A stretch of DNA of 54,070 nucleotides, filler included, from Circinaria calcarea (GCA_051942165.1; 4 parts of 4 records of this genome joined end to end with filler, not necessarily neighbours in it), one strand, 5' to 3'; counted from the whole stretch's first letter, positions 25,022-37,600 are shown. Numbers and translations: made by a program. The notes: generated by a model from the sequence alone, not told the origin.

Positions 25022-26999
25022 CTACCGGGCGGCAGGATTCATGGTCGCCGTCATCCACTCGGAGGTGTACCACGCTGGCTGTGCTCCGGGCTGCACAGTT
25101 TCTGTCCTCGTGTTCCAGTCCCAATCACCCTCTGCATTAGGAGGTTCGTAGTTGGGATCAAAGTCCTTGATGGCGCCCCGCAAATCCGCCTCGGTGACCA
25201 CCAGAACGCCGCTGATGATTGCTCTCGTTCCAATCTGAGTCATCTGCCGGTACACCAAATACTCGGGGAAATTGGGTTGCAGGTCTTGATTTCTCTTACG
25301 ATTCATATAGGCGTGATCATATACCAGACTGCGTTTGCTGAGCTGCACCTGATTGCCCGTACGTCTGTCTGTATAAGTATCCTCGAAGCTATGTCGAGCA
25401 ATCCTATAAGGAAGTCCGCAGATAATGGTCCGGCAGATATCATTGATCCTCGAGTCGCGCAGAGTGGATGGCGGTGGGTAGACTTGGGATGGCTGGAGGC
25501 GTCTGCGGAGGTTCTCCTTGTTTCTCGCCTCCTCGCTGTTCGGTCTCCCCGCGCGGAGGTCTTGGTTTTCATGCAACATAGCATGTATATATGCCATGAG
25601 ATCTCCGTATGTGCTGAGATATTGATCAATGGCATGATCAAACAACACACTCGCAGGTCGACGACGCATGAGGACGGATGCCAGGCACAACATCTCCTCT
25701 GCCAACCCTACCCTGTCTCCCTCAACCAGCATCCCCGCCAGCTCCAGGTCGCAGGGGCGCTCCAATGCTTCCTCACCGAAAGGAGTCACCCGCAACTTGA
25801 CATCGACCATCCCCATTATCCAAAGCTCCTCATAGCCATCGCAGATGAAATCGAAAGGTGGTGCATCAAGAAATGGGATATCCCGGAGAAACAGGTCTGG
25901 TCTAGCATTTCGCAGACCGAGAATAACGCGTGCCAGCCGACTTCTGGTGATGGGTACGGGATGATGGTCGGGCATCATTTCATAGGACAGCTCGGTATAC
26001 ATCCGCCAACATATCCCAGCCCTTGTCCTGCCGACCCTGCCCTTGCGTTGATCAGCTGATCCCTTGGAGACGGCGGTGAGCCGGAGCTCTTCGCATTTCG
26101 TGATGGGGTCGTAGACGTCGACTTTCTCCAGACCCGAATCAATCACGTGGACTACGTTTTCCACCGTCAAGCTCGTTTCGGCAATGTTGGTTGCCAGGAT
26201 GACTCTGGTATACGTCGGCGGTGTGCGCGTATGAGAGGTGAGGACAGCCTCTTTGTCCTGTTGGGTCATACCATCGTACAGCTGGTAAACCACGAGACGA
26301 AGCTGATCTGCCACTGTTCTGAGAGAACGGGTGAGCATGGAAATCTCTTCCTCGCCGGGAAGAAACACCAAGATATCCCCACCGAAATTACCCGTAACGA
26401 TGTGTTCTATCGTTTGCCCAATGGAACTTGGGTAATTCGAGGCTGCCTTCTTCAGGTACTTTTGCTGAATAACATGTGGAGTCCCACCGGCAACATGCAC
26501 AGCAGTCGAGCCTGGGAAATGGTTCAAAAACGAAGCTGCATTGATTGTCGCTGACATGATGATCAGCTTGAGATCGTTGTCGGGATCGTCAATGAGCTGT
26601 CGGAGAAGGGCCAGCAACACGTCTGTATCCAAGCTCCTTTCGTGTGCTTCATCGATGATGATGGTGCTGTACCTCTTCGCCAGGATGTTACGGTCTTTAC
26701 CGTGGTATGCCTCCATGGCCAAGAACCCATCCGTTACGAATTCGATGATTGTCTCCGACGAGGTCATCTTCGTACCTCCCACACGGTATCCGACTTGCTT
26801 GCCCAGCTCCATATCCATCTCAGCTGCCACTCGTCTGGCACTCTCTATACAGGCCACCATTCGATGTTTAACGACTGCGATGCCTCGAGTGGGACTTATC
26901 AGGTGGGGAAGGTCATCGTAAAGGACGAACTGGGGGATCTGGGTGGTCTTGCCACAACCAGTATCGCTCGTCACGACAATGACCTTGCTGGTCTGGTAT
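25022..26999 (-). CDS. Divergent Prp43-derived DEAH/RHA-family RNA helicase, 5'-truncated at contig edge, intronless
   Basis: TGCGKTTQIPQFVLYDDLPHL (Prp43 signature), TDG, IIIDEAHER, MSAT, DILVFLPGEEEI, ATNIAETSLT, SADQRKGRVGR, followed by WH/HA2/OB-like regions. Confidence 0.88.
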
Positions 27000-27099
27000 N
27001 NNNNNNNNNNNNNNNNNNNNNNNNNNNNNNNNNNNNNNNNNNNTTAATTAATTAANNNNNNNNNNNNNNNNNNNNNNNNNNNNNNNNNNNNNNNNNNNN
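27000..27099. other. Artificial contig-joining spacer
   Basis: N44-TTAATTAATTAA-N44. Confidence 0.97.
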
Positions 27100-28221
27100 G
27101 GGGATTATTAGTAAGGTTTTCCCGGGCAAAGAGGAGAAGAAAAGAGTCGGAAGAGACGAAGGGGAAGGCAGGAGGTTGGGGCATTAGATGAGTGACTTGG
27201 GTGAAATCCGTAGGCTTAGGGTTTATGCATTAAAGTCACGAGTCCCGTCCTCCCCTTCCTTCGGCCGCCCCCTTTATTAAAAAGGGAAAAAGGGAAACGG
27301 GGGCGGGGGGATCTTTTACGTAGTGCTATGGTATGGTATGGTAAGGTAAAACCTACCATAACGGAACTACAGACAGACAGATACCAAAGTACGGGTTCAT
27401 TCACAGGTAACAGGTAACATGTACGTACGAGGGTTTCAAGTTTTTTTTCCAGCTTTAAGTTCAGAGAGTTTGTGGAAATGGGGATGGGGATGGGGATCAG
27501 GATTGGGAATAAGAACTGTTATGTACTTTTTACATAGATTACATCGATCCGGGGTACCGGGTGCCGGGTGCTTGCCGTTACCCCACCCCATCCCTCGCTC
27601 GGGGGCTCTTTGGGGTTTTTGCTTACCCTTAGGTGCGTTGAGTTGGTAGCAGCCAGTAGTAGGAATGATTCGTTTTTGGAATGCGATACATGTTCACTAA
27701 CTAGGCAAGGGAAAGTCGGGGGGAAGGAATTCCGCGGTAAAAGAGACCCCCCCCCCCCCTCCAAACTTCAAAGGACAAGGTTTTCGGGAGCCGGAGCGGA
27801 AAATTGGAGGGAGAAATGGTTGATGGTTATGGTTTGAATGGGGGAAAGAAGATTTGGCGGTTGCAGGTAGGTAACCCGAAATTCAATAAAAATTTTAATC
27901 TGTTGTACAACAAGGAAGACTACCCCTTTCTCCTCCCCAAACGTTGATGAAAAAGATTCACAGGCAGCCAGTCTATAGCAGCGCGGAAAAAAAAGCTGCA
28001 AAGGAATAGGGGAGACAAGGAACGCCTCTCATCCCTCCACCCGTCCCAAAGGAAAAAGGCAGAGTAGAAATGATTTCGATTCTTCATTGCGCAAACACCC
28101 ATGGACCTTTTTGAAAAGTAGAGTAGAAAATGCCCGTTCCTATCCTAATGAAAAAAGCCTCGTTTTCCAAACCCTAGGTATCCCAAAAACGCCTCGCTCA
28201 ATCCCCAGACCCGTGTTAACA

Positions 28222-30647
28222 TTACACTTGCCCCCGACGGACCTGCCCTTGCGATAGCATACTCTGAACTAGCGCTTCCAGATTCTTCAATCGCGTATCC
28301 TTCTCTTGTGCCTCCTTCTTCAGCCTCTTGACCTCAGCTTGCAGCTCTCCCATTTCATCATCGACACCTTCATCATCCTCGATGGCATGCCTCGTGCGCT
28401 TGCCTCGTGGAACCCTTGTGGATACCTCGGGGGCAACCTGTGGAATGACTGGAGCTCCTATTCCCGTAATGGTCGCAGCTTCGCGGTCTGGAGATCCTAC
28501 GCCCCTATGTACGCGTCTCAAGTGCTCCTGCAGATTTTCCTTCCTGGAAAACCCGGTCCCGGTACTTCGCTTACAATCCCGATGTGGACACATCTTGGGT
28601 GCCTTGGGTCCACCATGTTGCTTGTGCACTTCACGTTGATGTCGCAACAAGCCGCCAGAGTAAGTGAAGCCTTGGATCTTTTCGCAGCCGGATTCTTCAC
28701 AGACATAAGGACGCGTGTGCTTGTCCATGTGCTTCCTGTGAATGGAAGGATTAGTTAAGAGTGGCGAAGCAGGACAAAAGACGCGCCATTACTTACGTCC
28801 ATTCACATTTGCGGGAAAAGGTGAGGTTTTTGGCAGAGCACTCTCGGTGAGAGCAGCATATCTCACCTTGCGCATTTCGTGGAGGTTCTTGATTGCCTCT
28901 GCCATCTTGATTGGAATCAGGACTCCGCTCGGTAGTCGGAGATACGTTGTGTGAATTCTCGGTTCGTAGGTTGATGGGAACAGAGGGACATATAGATGGA
29001 GCACATTCTGAGCCGTCGCTATGCTGCGGGCTCGGATAATTGTCATGCATCAGAGGTCGAAGTCCGGAGTTTATGCCGGGATTGCCGGAGTAATGCCAAT
29101 ACAGGTTGTTCGGAGATGTATCTGTGATGGGAGTGGTGTAGTTTGCAGCATAGGAACTGGGCGAGCTGTTCGAGAACGGAACTTGCAGATTCGATGTCGT
29201 GACGTTGAGCTGGTTGAGATCAGACGGCCACTCATATCCGGTATCCCGAGCAGCATTGGCTGCGAAGGTGGTGCCTGCTTCTTGAGGCCATATGCTCGTC
29301 GAGCTCAAGAAAGAGGTCGCAGAGGAGGGGGTCGTCGGGCTTATATACGAATTACCAACCGATCTGCGCCGAGACCGACTTGCAAGCGTATCGCTATTAG
29401 GGATGCCTGTTTTTCAGGGTTAGCCTGGCACGTGAGTCATAGTTTCTTCACATGCCTGCGGCGCTAGAGGTATTAAGCATCGCGCTACTAAGCGAGCCAG
29501 TATCGTTGTTGACACGTGACCCCGCTGGCCCAAAGTTCCGGCCAGGCTGCGACCGCTGCATATTATTGGCATAGCTGCTAAGCCAGGTATTTTCGTCTGC
29601 ACCACTCGTCAGCATACTGGCGCAGTCAGGCAGATGAATATGAATATGAAGGTCGTACCCAAAATTTGCATGTTAGGCTGCGATGCTGGTGTTTGCTGCC
29701 ACTGCCTATTGCCTTCCCCAGCTTCTCCGATAGCCTCGTTGTGGGAAAGGAGGTTCCCATAGAACATCCAACACACGCCCCATAGAACTACGAGTGAGGA
29801 CTTAATATTCCAAGGCCAGGTCGTGCTGAGCGGACGACGACCACTTGGCCATTCGGAAAACCAGCTGTCGCAAAATTGCTTTTGCTGTTGCCAATGTTCA
29901 CGCCAGTGATGGATTTCATCCTCGAGAATTCCTAGGCTGTGCCAAATAATGGCCTGCAGAGCAGCCTGTTGGAGACATAGGAGCATGTGTTCGAGGTTGG
30001 GTACGAAATTTCCACGCTTGGTATTATCCACAGTGGAGCAGGCCTCCTGATGCGATGCAGCATCAAAAATCCATGCACCTTGGACGCTCCCAAGCAACAA
30101 CGTAGAAGCATCAACGACATGGCGAAGGTGCTTGATGGTGGCATTTTTAATGAGCCGTTGAGCGTCGAAGCGGAGGAATAACTTGTCCTTCGAAGCCACA
30201 GAACTAAGGGAAAAGACTGGTAGCGTAGCATTGCAGTCAAGTTCGTTCAGCACCCTACGGATAAGTCACGTCAGCAAACTCAGTCGAGCATATCCCACAG
30301 AAGAGGAGGTTATTACTTGAGATAGCTTGACGCAGACCTCTCTGCTGGAATGCTTGGAGGCAAACCTGTGACTCTCCCGACCTGTGTGTCATAAATGGAT
30401 TTAGGCTTCAAAGCCCTGGATTACCATCAGTCAAGTTCGTAGTTTCAAGTTGTCTCACTGACCTGCTGATGCTAGTGAGAGCATGGACTTCGAGGGACTG
30501 GCATAGGGCAGATGGTTGCGTGCTCGCTCGGTTTCTTTTGACTCGAGCCTTGAGCTGTTCCCTGACTCGCTGAACAAGCCTTGCCAGTCTAATGGCCGCG
30601 TAGAGAGAAGGACGCGTGAGCGTAGCCTGATCCTTCATAATATCCAT
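28222..30647 (-). CDS. C2H2 zinc-finger transcription factor with Trp-rich N-terminal region (about 6 exons, one GC-AG intron)
   Basis: Fingers CSHRECSAKNLTFSRKCEW/TKHMDKHTRPYVCEESGC..LLRHQREVH and CPHRDC..FSRKENLQEHLRRVH, C-terminal coiled coil; upstream exons splice in frame; start codon uncertain. Confidence 0.75.
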
Positions 30648-31902
30648 TGCAAAGCTCCTCTGTCATGAGCAACAGGTATGAAGAGAGCATAGTGAAATAG
30701 AGGGGCAAGTGTCTTCTTCTTATTACACAGCCTTGGCCAACCCTCAGGTAGAGTAATCGCAGCCTGGTAGTAAAAAACGCAAGGCTGCGATGGAGAAAGA
30801 CCTGCGATGATGAGGAAAGGCATTTGCGGCAGGGACAGAGAATAAGCCACACGAGAGAGGATCACCATACAGCGTGATACGGCACCAGGTAGCTCTCCTG
30901 CAGCAGAGGACGGAGGAGAGAGCTAGCTCTGAACCGGCGGAACCGGGATGCTGCAGCAGTGAGGGCTATGGAATGACGCCCGGCTTCTGGTGTAATACGG
31001 AGTATGCATGGAAGAGATGCATACAGCGTTGATTCCTCGAAGCTTGGCCGCGTCCGATAGGCTACCGCAGCGGTACTTTCGTGGCTGTGCACTCCTCGAG
31101 TCCGCTCCTCCTTCATCACGAGTCTCTGCGCTGTCACAACTTCATCTCCGTGACAAGGCCATTGTGCTACCATCGATAGAATACGAGCCTGGTAAGGATT
31201 CCGTTGCGGCTCTCCGGGTTTGACCGGTGCCACTTATCGCAGTGCATGATTAACCAGAGTGACAGCGAACCATTTGATCCCGGAAGGGAAGGAGTGGTGT
31301 CCGTCAAAGGCGATTTTTGGAAGTGTATGGAGGAAATTGACCCGCGCTTAGAGCGACACAATGATTTGCTATAAGGTGTTTTATTGACGTTGATAATATC
31401 CATTGAGCATGCTGGTCTGGTCACCGTCACCTTGCAGTAGTATTATATCTTACTCTGTGGTGGCTTGCTTCAGCCGCTTCTAAAGCGGGAGGGCCGCCTC
31501 CAGGTTGGATGATTATGGATGGTAAAATAAGCTTATCTACTTCACGGGTAACATTCCTTCCTTTGGGGTTTGATTTATGTATATCGATAATATCGCCATA
31601 GCAGTTTTTTTTTAAAAAAAAACTGAAATCTTGGATACATAAGCATACACAAAGGCGGATTCCGCCGAGCCAGAATATAGAAGTACCAGGTTCGTATTTA
31701 TTTCACTCATGTACTTTTTGTGCGGCGGGGAGGAGTCTGCTCTCTATTAAAATGTGGCCGTACCCTCTTTGGACAACGGAAATGGCAGTCAAAGATCCAA
31801 GCAAAGCTCCTGGCGTATGTAATATTTATGTATATCCAAGTGGTAAACGCAGTTCGTTGTATCATCAAGCCTTCGCTTAAACAAGGAAATATCTCCGGTT
31901 TT

Positions 31903-33944
31903 TCAACAATCCTGCGCAATCTTCCTCTCCCGAACCCCAGACTCTTGCATCCCCTTATACGGATCCGAGCCCGAGACACTCTCCTCATCATACGCATCCG
32001 TAGCGCCATACGCAATACTCACATTTCTGATCTCGTTCCCAACCTCCATCCATCGGTCACTCGTCGCAGGGATGGGGAAGTATCGACAGAGCAGGTAGTA
32101 TGTCCCCGCAGCCACAATGAACCCGGCGAAGAAGTTGACGTTGTAAATGTACTGCGCCCCGACCGGTACCTCGCGGCCAATGGCACCAACGAAGCCGACA
32201 ATGTTGATCAGGATCCCGGCTATGTACGCAGCATACCCACGCCAGTGAAAGCCGTACGAAAAATAATATGGGCTGGTGTCGCGGGCACTGTAGAGATCTT
32301 TGATCTGGTAGTAGCCCTTCCGAACGATGTAATAATCGCATATGATGACACCGGCAATGGAGGAGAGGAACACCGAGTATGCCGAGAGATAAGTAGTGAA
32401 GTTGTTCGTGGTCGACAAAAGGTTCCTGTGTACTGTCAGAATTCCCCCTCAACATTGGACAACGGACGTAAAGCTTACCAGGGGCACATGGCAAAACCAA
32501 CAGCAGCGCATATGTAGCCACCACGGCGGATGTTGAGATAACGAGGCAGCAGCGCAGTCAAATCAGTTCCAGCAGACACCGAGTTGGCAGCTATATTGGT
32601 ACCAAGCTGAGCTAACGCAAAAGCGGAGGCGATGATGAAAACTCCAAAGCGCGCTCCTGAATTCGCGCCATCGAGGAAATTGCTTAGTAAATCCAGGGGA
32701 TTCCAGATTGGTTCTCCGTAAATGACGTTGGAAGACGATGAGACGATAATCCCGATGAAAGACGTAAAGGCAAAACCAACCGGAATCGTAATGAACTGGG
32801 ACCAGAGAGCGTCTCTCGGCTTCCTCGCAAATCTTGCAAAGTCGGGGTCATTGACGATCAAGGTAGCGAAGTTAGCGATCGACGACATGATTCCCTTGAC
32901 CATGTTCCATGCTAGATCACTACCGCGGCTAGTTGCGGGTTGACGAACGATCGGGCCTAAACCATGGGCTTTGACAATCGCCCAGATGAAATATGCTATT
33001 CCAGCAACGGGGACAAAGTACGCTTTGACTGTAAAAAGATGTCGAATCTTATGGACAGGAAACCAGATAGCCGGCAAACTGCAAAGCGAGAATAGAAAGA
33101 AGCTGAGGAAGTCCCTTGTGTTGGTACCGGAGCTTAAAGGTATGCCGTTTGGTAGAACGGTATACTTTGTCCAGATAGCTCTGAGCATGAGCGTAACGCA
33201 TTGCCCTAGGTTCTAGGATTAGTATGAGTTCCTCCCAGAACAAGCAGCTGAGATGAAACACCTCCGATCCATGCCTGCACACCATACCAGATCTGCAGGG
33301 TATCAGTATTGCGTAGGCTTCATAGAATATGCAGACAAGACATACGCATGCCATAGCTGCCCTGTTGAAGACCGGCCAAAGTGAGCCCCAAATACCAAAA
33401 GAAGCCCTGGTGACAACGGGGAAGCTGATGTGATAGGTGGCTCCGATCCGTCCTGTCATACAAATGAAGGTACCAGAGATGGTGTACCCAATCCAAACGC
33501 AAAGCCACGATTGCCACCAGGATAGCCCTCCAGTTCTGGGGGTTCTAATGATCATCGAGGACGATATCATCCAGGTGTTCTGTTTCCGTTCAGCCGGCAT
33601 AATTGCCTATTTGTGGACCTTGTACCCACAATGTTGAACGAGTCCGCGATCCAAAATCCCACGAAGTTCTATCAATCGACTACCATTAGTCGGCCAGTCG
33701 GGAACACCATGCTGGTGGACTTACCCAAGCACCCCATTGCCGACGCTCAGGTTCCACTGTGACAACGGTCAGTGCAGTGCCCCTTCCGCTCTTGTCCGGA
33801 CAGTAACATACCGGGCTTCAAGTCGTCATTCGTCAACATGAGTTGGGCATTAGTCAGTCCCGGTTCGTTAGACACCTCCAACTTTCGCAAGAAGTGCGCA
33901 AGCCTCGAAGTCGACATCTTCTCCATTGCGGCTGCTGAAGTCAT
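31903..33944 (-). CDS. NCS1-family nucleobase permease (Fur/Dal4-type uracil/allantoin transporter), multi-exon
   Basis: [101 protein letters not shown]. Confidence 0.92.
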
Positions 33945-34153
33945 GTCGACAATATGTTCGTATCTCGTTATCACCAGCACAGATGATTCAAATCTTGTCA
34001 ATTTATCCCATATATATGCATCTACAGACAGTCGTCCAACAGCCGCAAGAAACAAATACCAATGAGCTCGCCAAACCGAGGACCTTGAAAAGGTGATGGA
34101 ATATTCATGTATCCTGGGTTCAAGAAAATATATGTATCGGGCAAAGGCGATGG

Positions 34154-34379
34154 CTTATCTCCACCCGTTCGCCACGAGGGTAGGAGGACTTGGCTAAAGA
34201 TAAGCGATCCAGCAGATCGCCGTGGTGCGAGAGGAGGGAGAAGTTTTCCATTCCGACTTAGCTGACATCCAGCAGCGAGAACGTCGAGCTCGTGTGACTT
34301 GCCGGTGGGACGCGATTTTCGACTCGGCAAAAAGTGGCCCTTTAGGACTGATGTGGGGTTAGCCTTATCCTCTCTTATC
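34154..34379. promoter_or_regulatory. GATA (AreA-type) site cluster upstream of the NCS1 permease
   Basis: CTTATC/GATAAG at 34154, 34199, 34364 and 34374. Confidence 0.45.
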
Positions 34380-34515
34380 GCTGCCCTTCGACCCCGGTCA
34401 GGTCTCGTGTGTGTTACCTCACTCCATTAAGCAAAACCGCCAAGTCCCGGACTCTGCCGACGCATTACTCCGTACTCCGTGTCGGTGCATCTTGCGCCCG
34501 AGAACTGCAACAATG

Positions 34516-34529
34516 TCGGTGCATGCCGA
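34516..34529. promoter_or_regulatory. UaY/Ppr1-type site TCGG-N6-CCGA
   Basis: TCGGTGCATGCCGA is an exact match; second near-site CCGG-ACTCTG-CCGA at 34447-34460. Confidence 0.55.
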
Positions 34530-34652
34530 GAAAATGTCAAAGAGCAAGTATCGTTAACATGGGATTTGCCTATCTTCAGTCTGTGGCGACAAGGGATTTC
34601 TAATGGGGAGTGTGCATTGACACGTGATCATCGCCGTCAGTCCCCATAGGAT

Positions 34653-37600
34653 TCATGACCCCTGCCATCTCCCAAACCGTCTATAGTCATCGTAAAGTAC
34701 CTTGAAAATAGCTCTGCCCGCCGAGTCCAGCGCAGCATTAACCGTTCTCATCACCTCCTGGCCCATCGCATCGAAGACGGCGTAAAGGCCCGGATCCAGC
34801 GCCGTTCTGACGCCGGGTCTAAGGCGTCCCCGGAGCTGGCACTGGCAAAACTCCATGATTAGGTACTGAAGGTGCTGCCCTGCAATACTCCGGGCTTTCT
34901 TCGTCTCATCGTTCAGCTCTTGCCGGGATCGCTTGCTTGTCCGTGTGACAGCAGACACCGTTGGGTCACAAATCGCGGTCAGGAGTCTACTGTACGCTGT
35001 AGAGTGCGTTTCCTTGAGAAGGCCACCCCGAGACTCCAGCCAAGGTGGTAACGCCAGAGGAGCACCGGATCCTACATTCTTAGAATATGGCTCAAAGAGA
35101 CATCTTAGTAGACCTTGCAAAGCCGAAACCACGAGGTGGAATCGACCGCCGAGTTTAGTCCGGTGTACCGCTAGCAGAGCTGCGAACAATCTGCAAAGGC
35201 CCAAGAAAATGTTGCAAGCGCTTTCACCGACGAACTTAGGTCCGGAGGCAGAGGTCACGACTACAATGACAGATAAGAGATTGTCAACATGCCATTGCAG
35301 GATAGCCGGGGGCTGCTGTCGATTAGCACATAGCAGAGAGCTATGGAAGGAAGTACAGACTTTCTTTCGGAGCAAAAGATCCATGCACTGCATCCTCAGT
35401 ATGGACGTTCGAACCGTTGTCGGTTGACTAAGCCGATCACATAAGGTAGAAAATGCCCGGGCCAACTCCAATTTCAACCCGTCGAATGTCTCGGCAGACT
35501 CTGCTATCATTAGCATCAGAGCAATTACTATAGGCATATAGAATTTAATATACCCTGTTGACATGCCAATATGGTCTGTAACTGGAGTAAAGGTTCTTCT
35601 CTTGAAAGGCTTTCACCGTCGCGCTGAAGAAGTAAAGATATGAGCTCTGCTTGCCTTGCTAGGTCCAGGTGAGAGAATTGTTTCTTGAGCTGTTGCAGGA
35701 GACTTCGCTTGGCTCGAGTGGTACGTACTGAAACAGATAGTCAGATTTACAATCCAGGCTAGCCGAAATTTAGAACTTACATTGTGAGAAGTCCATACTC
35801 TCTAGCATTGACATTACAGAGCGCTTAGAGTCATCCCGGAGAGATAAAAGTTTCTTTGCTAGGACTGAAACTTCCTCGAGATAATCAGTTGCCCCATTGT
35901 CGACTCTTGCTAATGAGTGTAAGAATGAGTTGGCTGGGATATCTCTGGCGCAAAGTGACAGGTTCGTCAAAAAGGCGGATGACTGGACATCCGCTCCAGC
36001 GTAGAGTAACTCGAATAGATCTGAGTATGACTGTAGGCTTTCTAGCAGCAGACCGTACTGCCACCCATGTGGTGCTTTGTCTCCTAGCTCAGCTAAGTGG
36101 TTCCGTATCCATTCGAAGTGCTGTTGACGTAAATCTGCCAATGAGGGTGCCCTATTGAGATTAGAAGTAAGGTTTGCACGGTGCTCCCATAATACCTCTA
36201 TTGCTGTAGAAACTATGATTGAAGAGGGAATTACATGTTTTTCGGAGTCAGCTCCGGGAATGTGCCTGGACAGTGACTCAAAGAACATCTCTAGAGACTT
36301 CAAGGCTTGACTCTGGGAGTTCGTCCCGATCCCGACAAGATGACTATAAGCTGTCAGCGGGAGTTTCAGTTAATCCTTCACGAGTATGAATGACTATACC
36401 GGAGCGTTACTCGTGTAAGCCGCTTCATAGCACGATACAAAGGAACCACCGAGTCAATATCCAAAGCAGCATCAATGTAACGATCAATTTTCTCAGCAAT
36501 CCTCCATAAGCATTTCGGATCTGAGACCTAATGAGCATCAGTATAGGACAAATCAGCGGTGTCAATTGACTCACGAGCTCCATCAGTTTTGTTGGGTGCT
36601 CCATACATCTAATCAAGAGATCGATATGGATACGGAGATTGGAATTCTCTACTCCGCCCTCAGTGTCTAGTAACTTGGAGAGAGTTCGATTAGCTGTCCG
36701 TTCTCTCTCCTGGCGTTCGAATGCATCGCCAGGCATCTGCAAGAGATTGCAAATGCTGAACGTATTGTAACTTTCAGCAAAATGAGGATGTGATCCGAGG
36801 AATGATTCGTCTTCAAGATTGGATACTTGAACCTGGCATAAGGTTCCTATCCAGTCTCGCGGTCAGAAAGAGCAATCAGAAGGAGCAATTCTGGTCCAAC
36901 TTACGGAGTAGTAAAGCTTCTTCTCCAAGCTTAGTAGAGTTAAGAAGCTCGTCGCATAACCATGTCCAGCTCACTCCTACAGAAGGTCTATATTCACCCG
37001 CGAAAGATCTGGGGGTATTGACGACTTGTAAACAAGCGCACCAGTAAAGTTGAGTAAAGAGATCGTGTACGAGAGTCGCCTCGAGACAGCTATAGTACGT
37101 TAGCTTAGATTCATTATTGCATACTGCTTCCCCAGAAATACCTCAAAAGATGCGTCGCCAGAGTAATCTCTACGGCATAGCATAGTAATAACATGTCAGG
37201 TGTATCAATTGAACTTCTATGACCGTCCCATTCCAAACTCAACCAGGTTTGGCTCCCTGGACTATTAGCATGCTCGCGGGCATAGACCACCTTCTGCTTT
37301 ATCGAGTTGACAATGGTCTTTACTAGAGCAGGGATGATTCCGCCATAGATATTCTCCAATTTGATGTCACGTTGTGCGGGAACTAGAGCCAGCATTGATC
37401 CCAACGCATGTATGTCCTGTGCATATTCTGATATACCGTCTTCGTCTAGAGTAGTAGATGAGAGCCCTTTGGTCACAAGAGTTTGAGCCTGTTCTAAGAC
37501 GGTGTGTGACGGAGTCGAATGGTTAAAGGTCTGGGTAAGATTTGGCCAATGTGTGAAGATCGTTGCCAGGATTCGCCAGAGTCTCCAACTCCACCACTGT

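Noticed and set aside
24935..26059. 374-aa plus-strand ORF
   Set aside because: Antisense shadow of the helicase with no recognisable motifs.
15200..26999. Firm call as a Starship, Helitron or LTR element
   Set aside because: No tyrosine recombinase, Rep/PIF1 helicase, transposase, RT or integrase motifs are visible. The hairpin at ~15135-15160 is not followed by a CTRR end.
27100..28200. Short ORFs in G/A-rich low-complexity sequence (also 1-480 and 53580-54070)
   Set aside because: Low-complexity intergenic/UTR DNA at contig ends with no coding signal.
31720..32517. 265-aa plus-strand ORF
   Set aside because: Antisense to the NCS1 permease exons.
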